A DNA stretch of 64,000 bases from an uncultured Acetatifactor sp. (GTDB taxonomy: Bacteria; Bacillota; Clostridia; Lachnospirales; Lachnospiraceae), in the NCBI GenBank assembly GCA_910586485.1, contig CAJUIA010000011.1:43276-107275 (forward strand). Direction: 5' to 3'. Position numbers and translations under genes: made by a program. Within the stretch, counting starts at the first letter, position 1, and each line of letters starts with the position of its first letter. Under the pieces are notes generated by a model. That model was not told where the DNA came from. It did not search any database and saw nothing but the letters and a program-made list of their open reading frames with translations. This document shows, one piece after another, positions 28,907-38,016 of this stretch.

Positions 28907-29107
28907 AGTAACAGTTCAGACATGAAACCTCCTAACAGTGCCAGCGCCCATTATTCTCATTCGGACACACTTTCGCTTGAGGCGCGACGTAACGGTACAT
29001 AAGCAAGCACAGTACGCTTGCTAAGTACCGACGTCTTGCACAGTCCTCATTGAGAACAATGGGCGCTGTCACCTCTTACCCGCTTACAGGATGTCTGAAC
29101 TGTTACT
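28907..29107. repeat. 201-bp fully palindromic MITE/REP-like element
   Basis: Perfect 17-bp terminal IR AGTAACAGTTCAGACAT plus nested internal IRs. Confidence 0.75.
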
Positions 29108-29188
29108 GCCTGTAATCCATCAGGTTACAACAGGAAACGGCTGCGCTCCGCTGCCCGGAAGTGCAACCGTCCTCTTGTTCCCTGTTTC

Positions 29189-30574
29189 TTAATCCTCTTT
29201 GGACTCTTCCGCCGTCCCCTCGACAGGTGCTTCCTCCTTTGCCTTTTTGGTGCTCTTCCTTGCCGTGGTTTTCTTCGCGGCGGGCTTGTCTTCCTTTGCA
29301 TTCTCCATCAGGAAATCCACAGCCTTCCTGACGCATATGTCCTCCATGACCTGCTTCTTCCCGTTTTCGCCCAAAAGCTCCTTTGCCTTGTCAGCTTCCA
29401 TCTTATAGGCCTCTGCCATGGACTTTACCTCTTCCTCGAAATCTTCCTCGGAAGCCTCCATCTTCTCGGCAGCTGCCACCGCCTCCAATACCAGCCTGGA
29501 CTGAATGCGCTTTAAAGCCTGAGGCTTTACCTGCTCCATCAGCATTTGTACCGTCATACCGGTGAACTGCATATACTGCTCCATGGAAATACCCTGGGAC
29601 TGCAGCCGCTCCGCATAATCCTGTACCATCTGCCTCTGCTGGGTATCAATCATGGCTTCGGGAATATCCATCTCGGCCTCTGCAATCACAGCCTCAATAA
29701 CGGCCTCCTCCTTGGCGTTCTTCGCATCGGCTTCCTTTCTGGCCGTCAGCTTCTTCTTTATCTCTTCCTTATATTCATCTACCGTATCACTCTCATCGGA
29801 AACCTCCTCCACAAACTCTTCGTCCAGTTCGGGAAGCAGCTTCTCCTGAAGCTTATTCACGGTACACTTAAACACAGCCGCCTTACCTGCAAGCTCTGCC
29901 GCCTGATAGTCCTCCGGGAACGTAACGTTCACCTCGGTCTCCTTTCCCGCCTCGACACCGATCAAGGCATCTTCAAAACCGGGAATGAACGCGCCGGAGC
30001 CGATGGTCAGAGGATAATCCTTCCCCTTACCGCCCTCAAAAGCCACGCCGTCCACAAATCCTTCAAAATCAATGGTGGCAATATCGCCCTTCTGCACAGG
30101 CCTGTCCGTAACGTCTACGGTCCGGGAATTCTTTTCCCTCTCCCTGTCAATCTCCGCATTCACTTCCTCTTCGGTGACATCCGTATCCGCCTTGGCTACC
30201 TTGACTCCCTTGTACTTTCCAAGTGTCACCTCCGGCTTTAAGGCCACCTCTGCAGTAAAGATAAACGGCTTTCCGGCCTCTATCTGTACCACATCCACCT
30301 TCGGCGAGGATACTACCTTTTCCGTGCATTCCTCCAGCTCCTTTTCGTATGCGTCGGGAATTAAAATGTTTGCGGCATCCTCATAGAAAATCTCCCTGCC
30401 GTACATCTGCTCGATCATTCGGCGGGGTGCTTTACCCTTACGAAAGCCGGGGATGCTGATTTTATTTTTACTTTTCTGATATGCGCTCTCAATCGCCTTG
30501 TCCAGCTCTTCCGCAGGAACCTCGATCGTCAGCTTCGCCATATTGTGTTCTAATTTTTCCACCTGTAAACTCAT
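29189..30574 (-). CDS. tig: Trigger factor
   Basis: IPGFRKGKAP, IDFEG, IGSG.FIPGFE; upstream of clpP. Confidence 0.97.
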   Translation of the reverse strand: MSLQVEKLEHNMAKLTIEVPAEELDKAIESAYQKSKNKISIPGFRKGKAPRRMIEQMYGREIFYEDAANILIPDAYEKELEECTEKVVSSPKVDVVQIEAGKPFIFTAEVALKPEVTLGKYKGVKVAKADTDVTEEEVNAEIDREREKNSRTVDVTDRPVQKGDIATIDFEGFVDGVAFEGGKGKDYPLTIGSGAFIPGFEDALIGVEAGKETEVNVTFPEDYQAAELAGKAAVFKCTVNKLQEKLLPELDEEFVEEVSDESDTVDEYKEEIKKKLTARKEADAKNAKEEAVIEAVIAEAEMDIPEAMIDTQQRQMVQDYAERLQSQGISMEQYMQFTGMTVQMLMEQVKPQALKRIQSRLVLEAVAAAEKMEASEEDFEEEVKSMAEAYKMEADKAKELLGENGKKQVMEDICVRKAVDFLMENAKEDKPAAKKTTARKSTKKAKEEAPVEGTAEESKED

Positions 30575-30758
30575 TGTTGCATTTCCTCCTGGTTATTCTG
30601 CTTCTTATCTTATATGATTTCGGACACAATCACAGTCATTTTAAGATTATAGCATAAGACGGGCAGAAACACAAACAGAAAATTCAAATTTGTGAATTCT
30701 GCATATTCCCTGAATTACGTAAAATGAAAGAGCAAAATAAAATTGTTTTGTCTGTACA

Positions 30759-30787
30759 TTGACATTGTATTCTTGTTGATATATACT
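30759..30787 (+). promoter_or_regulatory. Strong sigmaA promoter
   Basis: TTGACA-N17-TATACT. Confidence 0.7.
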
Positions 30788-30793
30788 ATCTTT

Positions 30794-30976
30794 AACGAAC
30801 GCATTTGTAAATTAATACAATGCAGCTGTGCGAATCAGGATATTATTCCCTTTGGCCGGCATGGTAAGCATGTTGGCGGGACTGCGATATTGCGAGATTG
30901 CATAAGGAAGCAGTGGCCGGGAGCTTTTATCCTTATCCTGCAGTCATGACAGCCGACGGTAGGGTCGGCTGTTTTT
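30794..30976 (+). ncRNA. Candidate ~180-nt structured ncRNA or attenuating leader
   Basis: Bounded by a consensus promoter and a clean terminator; several internal stems; no family recognised. Confidence 0.4.
30949..30976 (+). terminator. Intrinsic terminator upstream of the 31043 ORF
   Basis: ACAGCCGAC-GGTAGG-GTCGGCTGT-TTTT. Confidence 0.75.
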
Positions 30977-30980
30977 CATA

Positions 30981-31018
30981 TGTAAAATAGGCATGCACGT
31001 GTAAAATGGGCATGCACG
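30981..31018 (+). repeat. 19-bp tandem direct repeat, 2 copies
   Basis: TGTAAAATAGGCATGCACG / TGTAAAATGGGCATGCACG. Confidence 0.8.
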
Positions 31019-31042
31019 GCATGAGAAAGGAGCGTTGAAATT

Positions 31043-32431
31043 ATGTTTATCATAGCCCAAATTCCTTTTATTGATCTTCGGCTACTGTCATGTAACGTCC
31101 GACATAAGATTAATGGGTGCATTTTCCCCAACACGTTCGAACGAAAAGCAAACCGTAAAATATATTACCGCTATCTGGGTGCCGAAAAGCTGAGAGCCTT
31201 TCCGGGAGAACTGCCAACGCCGGAAAGGAAATACTTTGACTCTTCAAGAATTCTTTCATTAAACGGGGCTTCCTCGTTCACAGACAAACCATATTATCCC
31301 AAGCTGCTTTTTTCAAGGCTTTTTGAAGATGCTCAATTTTTTCATTTTGATATAGGCCTCCGGGAAAACTCCTATGAAAAAATATGCCGAAAAGATCTCA
31401 GCCGATTCATCCTTGAGTTTATGAACGCACCGCTCTTTAAAATAAGAAAAAAGTTTGACAGAACCGAAAGCCTGTACAGCTTTCTGGAATTAACAGAACA
31501 GATCAGGCAGATATATCTGTATGCAACAAACGACGTCAGGAAAAACGGAACCGGCAGAGTAACGGACAAAGAACTCTCACGCAAGGTGATAACCGGCAAT
31601 CCGGCGTTGTTTATTACATATAATAAAGACGAAATCCATACTTTTGGCAGGGCCAGGAAAATAACGCTGCCTAACGGCATAGAAATATGGCATGATTTAA
31701 TAACAATGGACAATATACTGTTAAACGTATGGTTCATAGGAAAAAACGATCTGCCAAAATATAATTCCGAGCTGCGAAATTTAAGAATTTATCTTTCCAA
31801 GCTTCATTCTTATAAAGAATCCGTCCAAATCATATTGGACCGTTTACAGTATCCAAACGATTTCAGCAGAGATAAGCTGATTCACTTTTTTGAACTCATT
31901 TCATCCTATGTACATCGTGAAAAATACTACGGCTATCAAAATGAAGATTTTTGGAGTCTGATCTTCAGCGTGGACGATACCTTTAATCACATGACCTGGG
32001 GAAACTATAAACGGCAAATTGACGCATATTTAAATGCAGTTAAGGAAAAAACAATGAGTATAAACTATGGAATCGTAAATACGGGAAGCATGAATAATAC
32101 CGGAAATATCATAATGACCACTGCCACTGACTCCAATATTACATTAACGGTCTCCCCGTCGGACAACACCATACAGGAAAAAATAAAGGCTTTTGACGAG
32201 CTGACCAAGGAGCTTCTTGCAAACGATCAATTAACGCAATCGCAAATCCAACGCCTGGAGGATAATTTTGACAGCTTTAGAGATTGTGTAACGGCAAAAA
32301 ATGCCGATAAAGATACAGCGCTCAAAATATTTAAACGCCTAAAAAATGCCTTAAGTGAAACAGTAGGTATTGCTTCAGGAATCGAAAAATTTATTATCCT
32401 GGGAAAAAGTATCATTAATTTACTGAAATAG
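31043..32431 (+). CDS. AT-rich hypothetical protein
   Basis: 462-aa ORF with AGAAAGGAG RBS; no family recognised. Confidence 0.75.
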   Translation: MFIIAQIPFIDLRLLSCNVRHKINGCIFPNTFERKANRKIYYRYLGAEKLRAFPGELPTPERKYFDSSRILSLNGASSFTDKPYYPKLLFSRLFEDAQFFHFDIGLRENSYEKICRKDLSRFILEFMNAPLFKIRKKFDRTESLYSFLELTEQIRQIYLYATNDVRKNGTGRVTDKELSRKVITGNPALFITYNKDEIHTFGRARKITLPNGIEIWHDLITMDNILLNVWFIGKNDLPKYNSELRNLRIYLSKLHSYKESVQIILDRLQYPNDFSRDKLIHFFELISSYVHREKYYGYQNEDFWSLIFSVDDTFNHMTWGNYKRQIDAYLNAVKEKTMSINYGIVNTGSMNNTGNIIMTTATDSNITLTVSPSDNTIQEKIKAFDELTKELLANDQLTQSQIQRLEDNFDSFRDCVTAKNADKDTALKIFKRLKNALSETVGIASGIEKFIILGKSIINLLK

Positions 32432-32533
32432 CTCAATAACTTTGCAAAATTGTTGACATCAAAACGGATATTCTGATAATCTTATAGATATTATCTGTAT
32501 GAAACATGGAAAAAGCTCGGAAAAGAGGTTTTT

Positions 32534-35098
32534 ATGTCAAGAATTGAAACAAACAAAAAGCATCCCGCGCTGCGGGTCCTGATCGTCCTGCTGTTGATCC
32601 TGTTTACGGCCGCAGCCGTCTTTGCATTCTGGCTGCGAAGGGAAATTAATAACACTGAGGTTCTGCGCAGCTACCGCATTACTTACGGCGAGAGTGCCGG
32701 AGAATCCGCCGCTCTCCTAAAGCAGCTCTGTAAGGACCGCTTATCGGTCAGGCTGTTCCCTGCCACCTCCCATTCCCACCTTTATCTGCATCTTATCTGT
32801 ACGGAGGAAGAAGCCGAAAACCACGGGTTTTCTCTGGCCGCCTTAAATGACGGCGGTTTCCTGATTGCACGACAGGGAAACGGCCTTTATCTGCTGGCCA
32901 AAAGCCAGACCGGCCTTTCAAGGGCCTGCTGTTATCTCACCTTCCGTCTTACCGACGAGAAGGGCGGACTGCTGATCGGGCAGGATGAGCGTTATCTGGA
33001 TACCGGATCGAATTTGAAGGAAATCTTTGGACCCGGCGGCGTGCCCATGTCCGAATATACCGTGGTCTGCCCTAAGGGTACTTCCTCTGACGCGGCCTGG
33101 GAGCTATGCTGCTATATAAATCAGTCCTGTGGTGTTCTTCCCGGTATTTCTGAAAAAGAGGATACCGTGGATACTCCCTATATTTTATTAAGCCTCGAAG
33201 CCTCTCCTGCAGGCTCCCCCCACAGCATCAGATTTTCAGATTCCAACATCGTAATCAAGGGCGACAATGAAAAAGAACTTGCAGCCGCCATACATGAATT
33301 TGCCAACATGTACCTGGGGTGGATGTTTGCAGGAACGGCACGGGAAGGGCTGTCAGCAGGTAATACCTCCATCCGTCTTCCGGACCGGTATGATGCCCCC
33401 AATGAATCCTGGATTCCCGAACGGGAAGCAATTATTACGCTCTGGCAGGTGAATTACAGCCGTGGAATCTATTTAAACGATTCTACCAGCCTGAAAACGG
33501 ATATTCTGTCCTTTTCCGACGAACAGCTTTATGATTATGTCCGCATGTTAAAGTTCTGCGGTTTTACCGGTATTCAGGCCACCGACATGTGTTCTGCCTG
33601 GGCAGGCGCAGGGGGCTATGAATTTGTCCATGAGCGCCTGCGCATTCTGGCGGATGCCGCCCACTCCCTGGGAATGAATTTCACCCTCTGGGTGTGGGGA
33701 GCGGAATTCACCGGCTATGGCTGGGTGGATAACAGTGTCACCTATATCCCTGACGGCTACGACTACTCCCACGAAAACCCTGACGTGGTCGCCACCTTTG
33801 AAAAATACTACTCCATCTATGCAGAACTGGCAGACTGCTGCGACCGGGTCATTGCTCACTTCTTTGATCCCGGCAACCTGTACCTGTCCGAGGATGTGGC
33901 ATATTTTTCCAGGCTGCTCTCCGAAAAATTTCTGGCCGTAAATCCCAATATTGATTTCGGTGTAAGCTGCTGGGTAGATACCTTTAACAAAAAGGACTTC
34001 ATTGATGCGCTGGGCACGGATATAACTCTCTATGAGGGCACTCATCACGACGATAAAGAAGAGTACGCCTCTTTTCGAAGCTTCTGCAGAGACATGGGCT
34101 GCCGGCTTGGGACCTGGGCCTGGAATACCTGCGAAATGGAAATTGACCAGCTGGCGCAAATGAATTTTAACCCTCACATTATTCAGGATGTTTACCTGAC
34201 CGCATCCCAATATGACGACATTGATCGGCCGGATTACTGGAGCGAAATGGATTCTAACCACGTAGTCAACGTGTTTTCCCTCTATTGTGCCGGTCAGCTA
34301 TTGATGGATCCTGCCAGAGATTTGGATGAGCTGACGGAAGAGATCGCCCTTGCCGCGGTGGGCGCCGAATACGCCGAGGATTTTGCGGACATTCTCCGGC
34401 TTCTTGAGGATGCCCGTTCCGGAGAAAACTGGAATACTTACTGGTGGAACAGTGAAGACTATTTGTTAAAGAGTGCTGATTACCCTGCGGAGGAAATTCT
34501 GGAACGCAGCGAACAGGCCCTTACGCTTCTTGCGGAAATGATTGACAAACGAATAGAAGCCAATACCCTGCCGCTGCCCATTGAATTGCCGGATCTGCTG
34601 CAGCTTATGCTGCCCCAGATCGAACAGATTAACGCTTTTGCAAAATTCCGGATCGGCCTGGCGGATGCCTCACAGCTGCTTACAGGCGGCGCTGCCCGCG
34701 AGGATATACAGGCAAGGCTTGAAGCCATCAGTACTCCTGTCTCCGAATATAATACTGTCACGGGACTCTGGGGGCAGATCGAAGCAAGGGCCCAGCAGGA
34801 AATGCTCCTTGATTTTTGCAATGCAAACGGATTTGACATGCCTTGGGATCCCGTCTTCCGCCAAACCCGCAAAAACCGGATTTATGATTATTTTGTTTCT
34901 TATCAAAAGGGACATTCCGAGCCGGTCCTGCAGTTTGCACCCTATTTCCAGTACGGCCTTGCCTACGGGGAGGAAACCACTGTCCAGCTGGTAAACGAGC
35001 TGCTGGAGGAAGGCCTTTTCTCTAAAGATCCGGAAACAGGCGGCATTTACCTCACCGACTGGGAGCATTATAAGTACGCTTTCAATTTTATATATTAA
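32534..35098 (+). CDS. Large membrane-anchored protein, possibly glycoside-hydrolase-like
   Basis: N-terminal TM; two GH20/GH67-N-like alpha/beta segments; aromatic/acidic barrel-like core. Confidence 0.55.
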   Translation: MSRIETNKKHPALRVLIVLLLILFTAAAVFAFWLRREINNTEVLRSYRITYGESAGESAALLKQLCKDRLSVRLFPATSHSHLYLHLICTEEEAENHGFSLAALNDGGFLIARQGNGLYLLAKSQTGLSRACCYLTFRLTDEKGGLLIGQDERYLDTGSNLKEIFGPGGVPMSEYTVVCPKGTSSDAAWELCCYINQSCGVLPGISEKEDTVDTPYILLSLEASPAGSPHSIRFSDSNIVIKGDNEKELAAAIHEFANMYLGWMFAGTAREGLSAGNTSIRLPDRYDAPNESWIPEREAIITLWQVNYSRGIYLNDSTSLKTDILSFSDEQLYDYVRMLKFCGFTGIQATDMCSAWAGAGGYEFVHERLRILADAAHSLGMNFTLWVWGAEFTGYGWVDNSVTYIPDGYDYSHENPDVVATFEKYYSIYAELADCCDRVIAHFFDPGNLYLSEDVAYFSRLLSEKFLAVNPNIDFGVSCWVDTFNKKDFIDALGTDITLYEGTHHDDKEEYASFRSFCRDMGCRLGTWAWNTCEMEIDQLAQMNFNPHIIQDVYLTASQYDDIDRPDYWSEMDSNHVVNVFSLYCAGQLLMDPARDLDELTEEIALAAVGAEYAEDFADILRLLEDARSGENWNTYWWNSEDYLLKSADYPAEEILERSEQALTLLAEMIDKRIEANTLPLPIELPDLLQLMLPQIEQINAFAKFRIGLADASQLLTGGAAREDIQARLEAISTPVSEYNTVTGLWGQIEARAQQEMLLDFCNANGFDMPWDPVFRQTRKNRIYDYFVSYQKGHSEPVLQFAPYFQYGLAYGEETTVQLVNELLEEGLFSKDPETGGIYLTDWEHYKYAFNFIY

Positions 35099-35121
35099 GA
35101 AAAAAGTCACCAAAAGTTTCC

Positions 35122-35151
35122 AACATATTTTCACCTTCCACGGTCATACTA
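35122..35151 (+). promoter_or_regulatory. sigmaG-like forespore promoter for SASP gene
   Basis: ACATA-N17-CATACTA upstream of a SASP gene. Confidence 0.5.
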
Positions 35152-35270
35152 ACATCAAGATAAGTCGCGGCGGACACTTGCCTTGAACACTTGCTTCGAG
35201 ATGAGTGCTTGCAGCACTTATCTTGAAGATAGAGAAAAAAACAAAAACACTTTTATGGAGGTGAAAAAGA

Positions 35271-35471
35271 ATGTCCGGTAACAAGAGCAATAGAGTAGAA
35301 GTGCCTGAAGCAAAGGCAGCAATGGATCGTTTCAAGACTGAGGTTGCATCTGAGCTTGGTGTAAACCTGAAGGAGGGCTACAACGGTGATCTGACTTCCC
35401 GTGAGGCTGGTTCTATCGGTGGCGAGATGGTTCGTCGTATGATCAAAAAGCAGGAAGAGCAGATGAAGTAA
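35271..35471 (+). CDS. Alpha/beta-type small acid-soluble spore protein
   Basis: VPEAK.AMDRFK.EVASELGV..YNGDLTSREAGS.GGEMV. Confidence 0.95.
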   Translation: MSGNKSNRVEVPEAKAAMDRFKTEVASELGVNLKEGYNGDLTSREAGSIGGEMVRRMIKKQEEQMK

Positions 35472-35492
35472 GCCTTCCCGCTGAAAGAGACT

Positions 35493-35533
35493 AAAAAAAG
35501 CACCCCGGCGAATCACTCGCCTGGGTGCTTTTA
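35493..35533. terminator. Bidirectional terminator
   Basis: AAAAAAAGCACCCCGGCGA..TCGCCTGGGTGCTTTT between convergent genes. Confidence 0.7.
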
Positions 35534-35703
35534 AATGTAAAAGTCTCACACTAACCTCTATGATTCCGCTCTGTGGAATCTCAAATCGGGATGAGAAATG
35601 CCGCATTTTAGGCATTTCTCGGTGTGAGAAAAGTCCGCTATGCGGACTTAGAGTTTTTCCGCGAAGCAGCCTATGCTGCAAGCAGCTAGAAACTCTTCTC
35701 ACA

Positions 35704-36357
35704 CTACTCTCCAAACACTGCCTTGTAATCCGCCTGGAACTTGGCGATACCCGCATCGGTCAGGGGATGCTTTACCATCTGCTCAATAACAGCATAAGGC
35801 ACGGTTGCAATATCGGCGCCTGCCAGTGCGCAATCCGTCACATGAATGGGATTTCTGACGCTGGCTGCGATAATCTGTGTCTCAATGCCGGCAACGTCAA
35901 ATATCTCCGCAATTTCACGGATCAGATCAACGCCTCTCTGGCTGATGTCATCCAGACGTCCCAGGAAAGGGGATACGTATGTAGCACCTGCTCTGGCAGC
36001 CAGCAAAGCCTGATTTGCGGTAAAGACCAGCGTCACATTGGTCTTAATGCCCTCTGCGGTAAGCGCCTTACAAGCCTTCAGCCCCTCCACCGTCATGGGA
36101 ATCTTTACTACCATATTGGGATGAATCTTTGCAATTTCACGCCCCTCTTTAATCATGCCCTCGGCGTCCACGGTGGTAGCCTTAACCTCTCCGCTGATCG
36201 GTCCGTCAACGATGGAAGCAATCTCCGCGATGACTTCCTCAAATACTCTGCCTTCCTTGGCAATCAGGGAAGGGTTGGTGGTAACGCCGCAGATTACGCC
36301 CATGTCATTTGCTTTTTTAATGTCCTCCACCTTCGCAGTGTCAATAAAAAAACGCAT
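35704..36357 (-). CDS. fsa: Fructose-6-phosphate aldolase / transaldolase family
   Basis: [39 protein letters not shown]. Confidence 0.92.
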   Translation of the reverse strand: MRFFIDTAKVEDIKKANDMGVICGVTTNPSLIAKEGRVFEEVIAEIASIVDGPISGEVKATTVDAEGMIKEGREIAKIHPNMVVKIPMTVEGLKACKALTAEGIKTNVTLVFTANQALLAARAGATYVSPFLGRLDDISQRGVDLIREIAEIFDVAGIETQIIAASVRNPIHVTDCALAGADIATVPYAVIEQMVKHPLTDAGIAKFQADYKAVFGE

Positions 36358-36482
36358 AGTTTACCTCTCCTTTTCAATCGTATTAGATAATCGCGAAACA
36401 CCTCGCAATTTCCTGCTTATGTTTAGTATACTAGGATAAACCTAAAAACTCAAGTCCTTTTCGTCAAATTTCTTCTACCTTG

Positions 36483-37256
36483 TCAGCACTCGCAGATTTC
36501 CCGGAGCATGCGGATTTCACCCTTTAAAACCGCCCGCTGTCTGGCATCCGCCCGCGCTCTGCTCCGTCCTTTACAAAGCGTAAGCAGCTCCAGCACCTCC
36601 CTCATATCCCACAGGCGTTCCTGCGGATTGCAGATCGTACATTTCTGCGTGATCCTTTTCAGCAGTCCCCTGCTGCCTCCCGCCGTCATTTTCTGAAGCG
36701 TCCGTCCCAGACCGTATATATCGGCCGCCGTTGTCTGCGCCGCTCCCGGCTCAAACTGCTCCGGCGCTCCAAAACCAATGCTCCCCGCCCTGTCGGCGCT
36801 GCTTCCCGGTCTGCAGGCACAGCCGAAATCAATCAGCCTTACCTCCCCTGCAGGCGTCAGCATCACATTTGCGGGCTTAATATCCCGAAACAGCAGCGGC
36901 TCACGCTTTTCATGGAGCCATGAAAGCCCCTCAGCAAGGCTGCAGCCGATCTGAGCCGCCCGAATATCCGCAAGCCGTCCGTTACGGCGGATCAAGCCCT
37001 CAAGACTTTCTCCCGGTATGTATTCCATTAAAAGGCAGGCTGTATGGGCTTCCCTCCAAAAATCGTAAGCTTCAGGGAAAAGCGGATGTAACGCTTCTCT
37101 TTGAAACCCGGCTTCTCTCTCCAGTATATCTGCATGGGTGCTGATCTTACAGGCATACGCCCGGCCTCCTTCATCCTCCACCAGATACACCTCTGCAAAA
37201 GCACCCTTTCCCAAAAGCCTTACGGTTCTATATTTTCCCTTACCGTCCTGATACAC
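36483..37256 (-). CDS. Soluble Ser/Thr protein kinase
   Basis: LGKGAFAEV, ACK, FRDIKPAN, IDFG, GFGAPEQ, DIYGLG. Confidence 0.88.
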   Translation of the reverse strand: MYQDGKGKYRTVRLLGKGAFAEVYLVEDEGGRAYACKISTHADILEREAGFQREALHPLFPEAYDFWREAHTACLLMEYIPGESLEGLIRRNGRLADIRAAQIGCSLAEGLSWLHEKREPLLFRDIKPANVMLTPAGEVRLIDFGCACRPGSSADRAGSIGFGAPEQFEPGAAQTTAADIYGLGRTLQKMTAGGSRGLLKRITQKCTICNPQERLWDMREVLELLTLCKGRSRARADARQRAVLKGEIRMLREICEC

Positions 37257-37947
37257 CTGTTTTTCCCTCCCTTCCGATCAGCAAAACCGCTGCCTGCTTT
37301 CCGGCAGCCGCTGCCCGGCTGACGGCCTTGCCCGCAGGAATTACCGCTTCCCGGTAATCGAAAACTTCCCGAAAGTGCAAAAGCTCCCGCAGATGTCTGT
37401 CCGCCTGCTCCTGCGTCCTGATCTCCGGCAGACGCAGCACCTCGCCAATCCTTTCTTCCCCTGCATTTTGTAAAAATCCGTCCGTGACCAGCAGCAGTCC
37501 TGCTCCCGGCTCGATACAGCCTCTAAAGGTTCCCGGCAGCGGCGTAATTCTCCCCGTTCCAAGGGAAGTATTTACCAGCAGAAGATTCTGGCCGCCTCCC
37601 AGCGCCAGTACCTCCCTGCCAATACACAACAGCATGGTCAGCCTGAATTCTCCGGCTGCCGATGCTTCTCCCTCTGCCGCCGGGCTGCTGACCGCAGGCA
37701 GCGCCGACAACTCCTTCTCCAGCCTTCTCAGCCACCCTTCGGGATGCTTTGCCGCCTTTTGCCAGGGAATACTGCGGCCCCAGACCCTAAGCCCTTCCAC
37801 CGCAGCCCGGCACGCCTCTGCTCCCGGTTCTTCCACGGTACAAATGCAGGCAAAACAGACCGGCGTCTGCCGGCACAGATAATGCTGCAGCAGGAGCGAG
37901 CATCCGCGCTCTCCCTGCCGCCTGTAACAGCTTATTAAATATTCCAT
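37240..37947 (-). CDS. Degenerate PP2C-like protein
   Basis: LLLVTDGF motif and PP2C-like layout, overlapping the kinase; other metal-binding Asp motifs missing. Confidence 0.5.
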   Translation of the reverse strand: MEYLISCYRRQGERGCSLLLQHYLCRQTPVCFACICTVEEPGAEACRAAVEGLRVWGRSIPWQKAAKHPEGWLRRLEKELSALPAVSSPAAEGEASAAGEFRLTMLLCIGREVLALGGGQNLLLVNTSLGTGRITPLPGTFRGCIEPGAGLLLVTDGFLQNAGEERIGEVLRLPEIRTQEQADRHLRELLHFREVFDYREAVIPAGKAVSRAAAAGKQAAVLLIGREGKTGVSGR

Positions 37948-38016
37948 GGAAATCGACTCCGACTTTTCTTTAGGTGTGCGCGCAGGCTTACCGCCCGCCG
38001 CACATACCGTTCAAGA

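Noticed and set aside
30794..30976. Assignment to 6S RNA, T-box, cobalamin or c-di-GMP riboswitch, or retron msr/msd
   Set aside because: Signature motifs not found in the right order and no reverse transcriptase nearby; kept only as an unassigned candidate.
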